Both the position numbers and the translations under genes were made by a program. The notes beneath the pieces were generated by a model. That model was not told the origin of the DNA and made no database searches. It was given only the letters and a program-made list of their open reading frames with translations. This document shows positions 57,244 to 64,000 of a stretch of DNA of 64,000 nucleotides, one piece after another (position 1 is the first letter of the stretch; every line of letters begins with the position of its first letter). Source of the stretch: Phoronis australis (lineage: Eukaryota > Animalia > Phoronida); assembly GCA_002633005.1 (NCBI GenBank), contig NMRA01000094.1, positions 86,208-150,207 of the forward strand. Direction: 5' to 3'.

Positions 57244-59697
57244 CTCATCTACACGTGTTATTTCACCATAAACTAGCTTCGGTAACGCTTCGCAGTTAGC
57301 GCATATAGAAATCCATAAAATACACGAAAAGAAACAAGGAAACGTGTTTAGAATACAATCTCAAATATCATCTGCTCGCCTGCCACTATACAAAAATGGA
57401 AGCTGGCTTTTCAGTGTCGTTGTGTTCCTAAGCGTATCTTCCAAAGAGGAAGAATTTGAGACTCGATCAGCCAAGAAGGGAGTTAGATCAAGGAGTGAAG
57501 GTGAAATCTCCTATTGTACTACACTCCTCGGTTAGATCTTAAGTATGTGGTAATTCGGCCTAGTGAAAATACTCACGCGGCGCATCAACCTCAGCTAATA
57601 ACACACTCATATAAAATAAATGTTTACTTATTGCATAATACAAGAAATACCGTAATAGCAATATATATACAAATCCAGAAACTGTAAAGCATTATATCTG
57701 GATTGGAAACGATGAAATCTAGCTACAAGTTATCCGACGCTCATATACACATTCTTAGTACCGGAGAACGAAATGAGTTCTTACGACTCTTCATGTATTA
57801 TGATGTTTTAATTATTATAAATTGCAATGGTTCACTTTTTGTGTCTGGGAAAGACAAAGACTTCTTGTAAGAAACTAAGTTGGTCACTAAACACTGAGTA
57901 ACGATCGCTAGATGGCGTTAATTCTTCTGGTGAAATTTGACGTAGGTTGATGCAATTCGGACTATTCGATATAATTTGACCCCACGCGCCAAAGTTCGGT
58001 CTAGATAAGACTACGGGAACCGGGGATGTGAAATTGGCGACAGATTCCTTTACTGAGGCTATGAAGAGCAATTGGGAAATTTATGACGAGCGGGAGGTGA
58101 AAAGTTTGGCGAACCGAGGACTCCAGAGTTTGACGATGTCGAAGTTGTCTGAGCGCTCCAATCATTTTCACCTAAGTTGTGAGACATCATGCATACCTGC
58201 CCGTGTTCTCTTGTGTCCTTATAGTTATAAGTTTGCATTCGTCATGAAAATACCCCTCTTGCATTTCCTACTCCCCAAGCTCCGAATCAGTCGCTTCTGA
58301 TTATATTGCACTAACAAATACATTTTCACTTGCTCATCGACGCTTTATAAGTAGAAATGATTTCCAGGGCCAAATTCAAAAGGCTGCAAAAACTTGTTTG
58401 ATGTCATAACAGACATTTTCAAGGTAGTTTAGTGATAGTTAATGATACTCATTGTCAGTGGTCAGTTCATACAATGAGCTCCTGGCACGGACATCTTTTA
58501 ACTTGTCCAAAGCAAGGGGCGCTGAACAAACAAACGAAGGAGTCGTTTGTTAAAAGAGCAAACAACCGATCAAGAGCTTCACAGGAGCTAGAGAGTTGTC
58601 TCCGAAGTGTATGGAAAACAGTGACCCTTCTCCATGACTTTTTACGGGCTCAAGTAGACATCCAGCAATTAAAATGATGCCTACCACAACTACATCATTG
58701 ATTCTGATTTTGTTTTCCCTGCAGTTAAGCGGACAAGTTCTGGGGTAAGTGTGTGCTTGTGCTTAGATATAAGATTTCAAATATCCTGCTCTTGTGCCGT
58801 GACCTGTAGTACCTTTAGAATTTCCAGGTGATTATTTCAGAGCGTTTAAATGGATGACCTGACGTGTAGGAAAATACATATTAAAATACCACAGTGGTGT
58901 AGAACAACTCACCTGTACAATTCTTAGACTAGTTTTTGGTGTTTCTCTTCGACCATAGTAAAGACTATATTGCGTTTTGAATCTTCACAATAGTCAACGT
59001 TTCCATGAATAGACATTGGGAAGCTGTACCTATATCAGAACCATACATGCGATATCTTTATGTTTATTTCTGTTCAATTATTCCACCTGATGACGCACGC
59101 GCCGAGGCTTCACTTACAACTGGCCAACCCTTAAAAGTGCCCTTATGTAAGTTTTGAATAACCTGTTCTTTGTTTATATTACGTCCGATAAAACAATTAA
59201 AATCTCTATTTTGACAGCCAAATTCTTGAGCTGAAACGTAAGAAAAATGACCACAGAAACCTTTTTGTACAATTTACCAGCTCATATGTTTCATGCGAAA
59301 TATTTTACGACGAAAAATTAGTGATATTTGTCCCTCGTTTACGCAGGTATGTAAGCTTGATATCTGTATGAAAACATCCATCTCAAAAATACGCCCGGAA
59401 GAAAATGCTTTGACCATCTATTCCTTTTTTATTTTCTGCACTTTCGGTCTGCAAATTTTAAAGTGTTGTTCAATGTCTGAGTGTCATTGGAGTGGTTATA
59501 GTGTTGGACAACCGAAAGGTCCCTCTTTCAAATTCTACATTGCGCCAATGCAAAATACAAAAACTTCAAAAACCTCCCCACGTTGACCACTATGAATGCA
59601 ACACATACCCACGCTTTTTTCTTCGAGAAAGTTATAAAATCTGAAGATAGCTGGAGAAATGGGCAACCGAAATGTCGCGTCAGTGTAAATAGGTTAA

Positions 59698-61030
59698 AGG
59701 TCACTGTAAGTAGACCAATAGATTTCAGAAATGATGTTTAAAACGTTAAAACCCAACAAAATTGGAATTTTCCGTATTCGTTACGAAGGATCGAATTAAA
59801 TAACTTTTTATTAGTATTAGACCCGGAAAAGCTATGTATTTTTGGAATTATGGATGATCGCTCGCAGAATGTAATTTTGTTTGCATTTTTTTCTGAGAAA
59901 CGTAATCTTTCATGGAAATCGACTAATTTACCTTAAACATAATTTGTTTCGCACGAAACTTTCATATTCTGTTTCTTTATTATGTTAGCTCCCAAAACAT
60001 GTCTGAGATTTTAGCCCGACAACTCTGTCAAAAAGAAAGCCTTTTGTCGAGGAATGATGACATATAACTTCAGACAGCGGAGTCATCGTGCTAAAAAGTC
60101 TTAAAAGAAAATCCCAGACAGCTTTTTGTAGATAATGGCATAACGAAACAGAATTTTCAACTTTCAGGAGAAAAGATTCGTGTTTTTGGATATTAGTTTG
60201 ATTTCTGTAAAAATCAAATTTTAGAGAATGCATAAATAATATAATTACGAAGATCTGGGCATTATTTTGGTGCATCTAAAAAGATTTCATAATTATCAAG
60301 TATTTTTAAAGATATATAAATTAATCGACAAAAGTTTTAAAACTAAAAGTAATGAAGAATTTCCATCATTGATAACGAGGCTAACTTTGTACATATTTTG
60401 ATATTTAAACATCATTCTATTAGGTACAACATGTTTCAGGGAATTTGTTTGAGGGTCTTTTATTCGATGACCTCGGCCACCAAAAATTAAAACTTCAGTA
60501 TTTCTTTTTGAATTACGAACCAGTACTGGCTCCTAAATTGAACATGTAGTTCAGGAAAAGTCGCTACGATGTCGGCGCCGGATTGGTGAGCCATTTATTA
60601 CTCAATCAGTAAAATCTACGTGACTAAATTATGGTGAAGAATGTTGAATTGCACAGAATAGTAGGTAAAGATGTGTTTCAGTATATTCCTTGTGAATTAT
60701 TGGTGTAAATAATTGATAAACAGTTTTAAACTCGTTCTTGCCGCTGTCGTCAGAGATGGCCGACCCGATCCAAATAAGTGACCCAAATCATAGCGAAAAA
60801 GTTGCAATAACTTTGTACTGCTTAACTTGATTTTGACAATATTTTAATTTTTGTTGTGTGGGGTGCATTATTTTTCCTGCGATATTGAAGAATTTCTTCC
60901 GAAAAGCGAAACAAAAAATTTTGGTTCGACAGCCATATTGTCTTCGACGTTTTGCCTCTTGATGGTCAAAAGTTTTTGGAAGACGTCTTTCGTGATGGTA
61001 CTTTTTTGTTGAAGAAAATAATCAAGTAAA
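59698..61030. mobile_element. Diverged relative of the Kolobok-like element (fragment)
   Basis: 60755-60920 aligns with 34358-34520; candidate TTAA|AGG terminus at 59694-59700; extent uncertain. Confidence 0.4.
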
Positions 61031-62470
61031 GCATACAAGTTCACGCGCGTGCTGAATAACTTCTTTGAAATGAATAGGTGGGGCCATAGACCCCTTGTGC
61101 CCCAACGTGGCCACGCCACTGTTCATGAGCGAAAACAAAGTTTTCAACGCTACACGACCCATCGTAAAAACAGTAGAGATGTACATAATTCCAAAGTACT
61201 TTTCTTTCGTTGTGACATGTCTAATCAACACTAAGTCAAACAAAATGGGCACTTTCCTTTTTATAATTTTATTGACAAATATCTTGTCAGTGGTACAGCT
61301 CTGTCTGTGTTCCTATCAATAATCCACAGTGTAAATGAATATGATACTCGCAGTATCAAGTTTATTTGCATTATCACAATACAGTTGCATATAGTAGGGC
61401 TACTTGTTCAAGCAAGGAATATAATGACTTCGTCCGCTTGCGAAATAAACCCTGTAAAATACTTCCACTTCGCGTATGGCTGTGAGGTACCATTATTTCT
61501 CCCCTTGCTGGGCCTGTGAAACACCGGCATACGAAGTTCTCGACTTTGCAAGCTATATCCATTCCAAATGCTTGGACATTGCTCAGTTGTATGGAATAGT
61601 CCCAAGCAAGGACTCGACTAAGATTCCTAAATCGTTAGCGTATTGGTGTGTTTGTTTACTTACATTTCATCTTTATTATTAGCTCCTGTTTGACTAATAA
61701 TACTCCTAAAAGCTGAGTCCTGGGCTCAGAGAAAATGAATGGGGACTTAGTCCTTAAATTAGGGGTGTTGCATGAAAATATTGATAAAATAGAAGCCTTT
61801 ATTATTGACTGGCTGCCATAACCGAAACAACAGACCAATTAGAAATAATTGTTCGCCAGATCTCTAAGTAAACTTTATTGTTACTTATTGCAACTACAGT
61901 CTTATGATCAAAGCTCCATTTTACTAATCAACATGGCAACTCACTGTGATGTTTTAGGTTCCTAGAATTCTCAATGAAAATAAAACACCCACTCACTTGC
62001 TGGTCTTTCAAGATACTACAAGAACAAAATTTTAGATATACTCATTATGCGATGACTCAAGCTGCTTCTCCTGCAAAGCAACTATGTCCACTGTGAATAA
62101 TCATATACTGCACTATTACACAGAAGTACTTTTCTCACATGAACTGGAATGTGTTAGGACACGACTGGTTCAAAACGCCGAGTACGTAATTTTTTGATAT
62201 TACATGGGCGAATCACAAAGTAGCGCAGAATAGAAATTCATACGCGTTAATCTTATCGTCTGCAAAGCACTAATACCAACAACCAAACAATGCCTTAATT
62301 CTGTGAATGAGGCAAGGATATGGTTGACCAATCGGGTGCCGCATCTGTAATTCACTGTACACGGTAAAATAGATGGTGTAGGTTTTCCATTTAACATTAA
62401 TCTCTACCTCTCCTCCTCCCTCCCTCCCTCACTCCCTCCTCCCTTTCTCTCTCACTCCCTCCCTCCTGCC

Positions 62471-62538
62471 TTGTAACACCCTTGTACTATCATTGTAACA
62501 CCCTTGTACTATCATTGTAACACCCTTGTACTATCATT
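62471..62538. repeat. 22-bp tandem repeat x3 next to a CT-rich tract
   Basis: ttgtaacacccttgtactatca. Confidence 0.85.
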
Positions 62539-64000
62539 AATTCATGTTGATGTGGGTGCAACTCATCATTTCACATGAAACCAGTTGATCGGCAAAGCAG
62601 TGTTTAAAAACTGCTCACATTATCGATGAACACATCAATAAAAAGAACTTTTGACGTCTCGTTAACGTAACAACTCTACAGGTTGATTTCACAAGTTCAT
62701 TGTGATTTATTGTCATTGTCGTCTTGTCACGGCGGTCTGTGAAGACGGTTTAAATTTCGCAACTTGAGTCAACACTTGAGCACGAACCCATTATAAATGT
62801 CAATCCACAGACAGCGTTAAACAAACAGTCAACGCAGAATCTCTGAGCAAACAGTTGGTGCTAAAACCTTTTTTCTGGCTATTATAATTTGACGTATATA
62901 GGCTGATCCAACCCAATACACACACACCAACGGGTGTTCAGTCACGCCATGTTGGTTTCTATCGCGCTTCTGTTTTATTCCAATTTCAACTTCAGTGCAG
63001 GTTTTGAGTATGTGCGCAATAATTTAAAATCTCGGTCTGTTTGTTTGAAGCTAGTAATAAACATATTTTCTATTAAAAATTTGCATTAATTAAAAATAAA
63101 AGATAAAAGTCGCATGTAACCAGCGAGAACTCATTAAACCGTTGTATACGCCAGTAAGAATGTTTATTCGATAAGTTCAGTTCAGAGTCTTCCGCATATT
63201 ATATGGGATTAACGACATTTTACTCGCGAGAAGAGTTTTAATAGAGAAGTTTCACAAAGCGACGTGAAGGTGAATTATCACCCTTAGGCTAATTCCGCGT
63301 CATACATGCCATTGTAGGTTGTGACGTAATCTGTGTATTTTACGAGAGTACAGGGAGGTTCACGTCGCTTTAAACGCGAAACCTGTTGCCCCTTTTTAGT
63401 TGTTATTTGGCAAGACATCAAAACGATTTTTATTTTGACGGGGTTCTCAATCGTTTTTCTTTGCTTCTGTATAAAATGAACATGATTCTTTTGTCTATAG
63501 ATGTTCTTAAAGTCTACCTGAAGGAAGGCCTTTTTCCAAAATCCTTATTCTGCCGGGGTTCGCAGGATATCATCGAACTAGGATGGATTTTTAACAGATA
63601 TAATTTTGTGTTGTTAAATTTGACATGTTTAATTTTCATGCATCTATTTACTATAAACTGCACATCAATTTCGCATTCTAAGAGTTGATCATTTTTCGCA
63701 GGAGTTCAAAGAAACGACTTTTTTCACATTCAACATAAATTTCTATCTTGCATATCTGTAGCGGATATGTACTACAATAACTGGACATCCTGAGCTCAGT
63801 TATTCAGTTCACGTTTACTTTCCCGTGCACGTAAAAATTTAGCTGTTGCGAAACCAATTTTTGTTATTTTAACGTGAATCGCCACGCGCAATTAAGTATG
63901 CGTGAGAAGTAACGTTGACGTCACTTTGCGAAGCCCCTCTATTGGGAACTATTATCTTAAGGCTATATCAAACCTTACTTAGTGGCCTCCATTCTAACTC

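Noticed and set aside
57830-58750. Short ORFs and a 20-nt candidate exon (ccctgcag|58724-58743|gtaagt)
   Set aside because: Good splice signals but no linked exons or homology; left uncalled
61000-64000. Cluster of 60-100 aa ORFs
   Set aside because: Lengths expected by chance in AT-rich DNA; no motifs

Overview
AT-rich, repeat-dense animal genomic DNA (spliceosomal introns; the repeat families suggest a marine invertebrate, which is an inference). Two host genes: the last three exons of a clan-2 cytochrome P450 (+, 670-3766) and a 10-exon TMEM201/Samp1/Ima1 inner-nuclear-membrane gene (-, ~32055 to 10469). The rest is mostly mobile DNA: a 5'-truncated HERO-type restriction-like-endonuclease retrotransposon plus an older relative, an APE-type LINE relic, a Ngaro-type tyrosine-recombinase retrotransposon with split direct repeats and a 5' SGNH hydrolase, a 5.2-kb TTAA-flanked element with 1.9-kb inverted arms, and Tc1, pogo-like, ISL2EU-like, Harbinger-like and 5-bp-TSD elements. 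Two signals stand out. (1) Minisatellites seeded exactly at exon-intron junctions in both genes, creating chains of 4, 9 and 19 CAG|GT-type splice-site copies. (2) A candidate non-circularly permuted (pseudoknotted) hammerhead ribozyme in the HERO 3' UTR, with partial covariation in a second decayed copy. All calls are by eye; no database searches were run.
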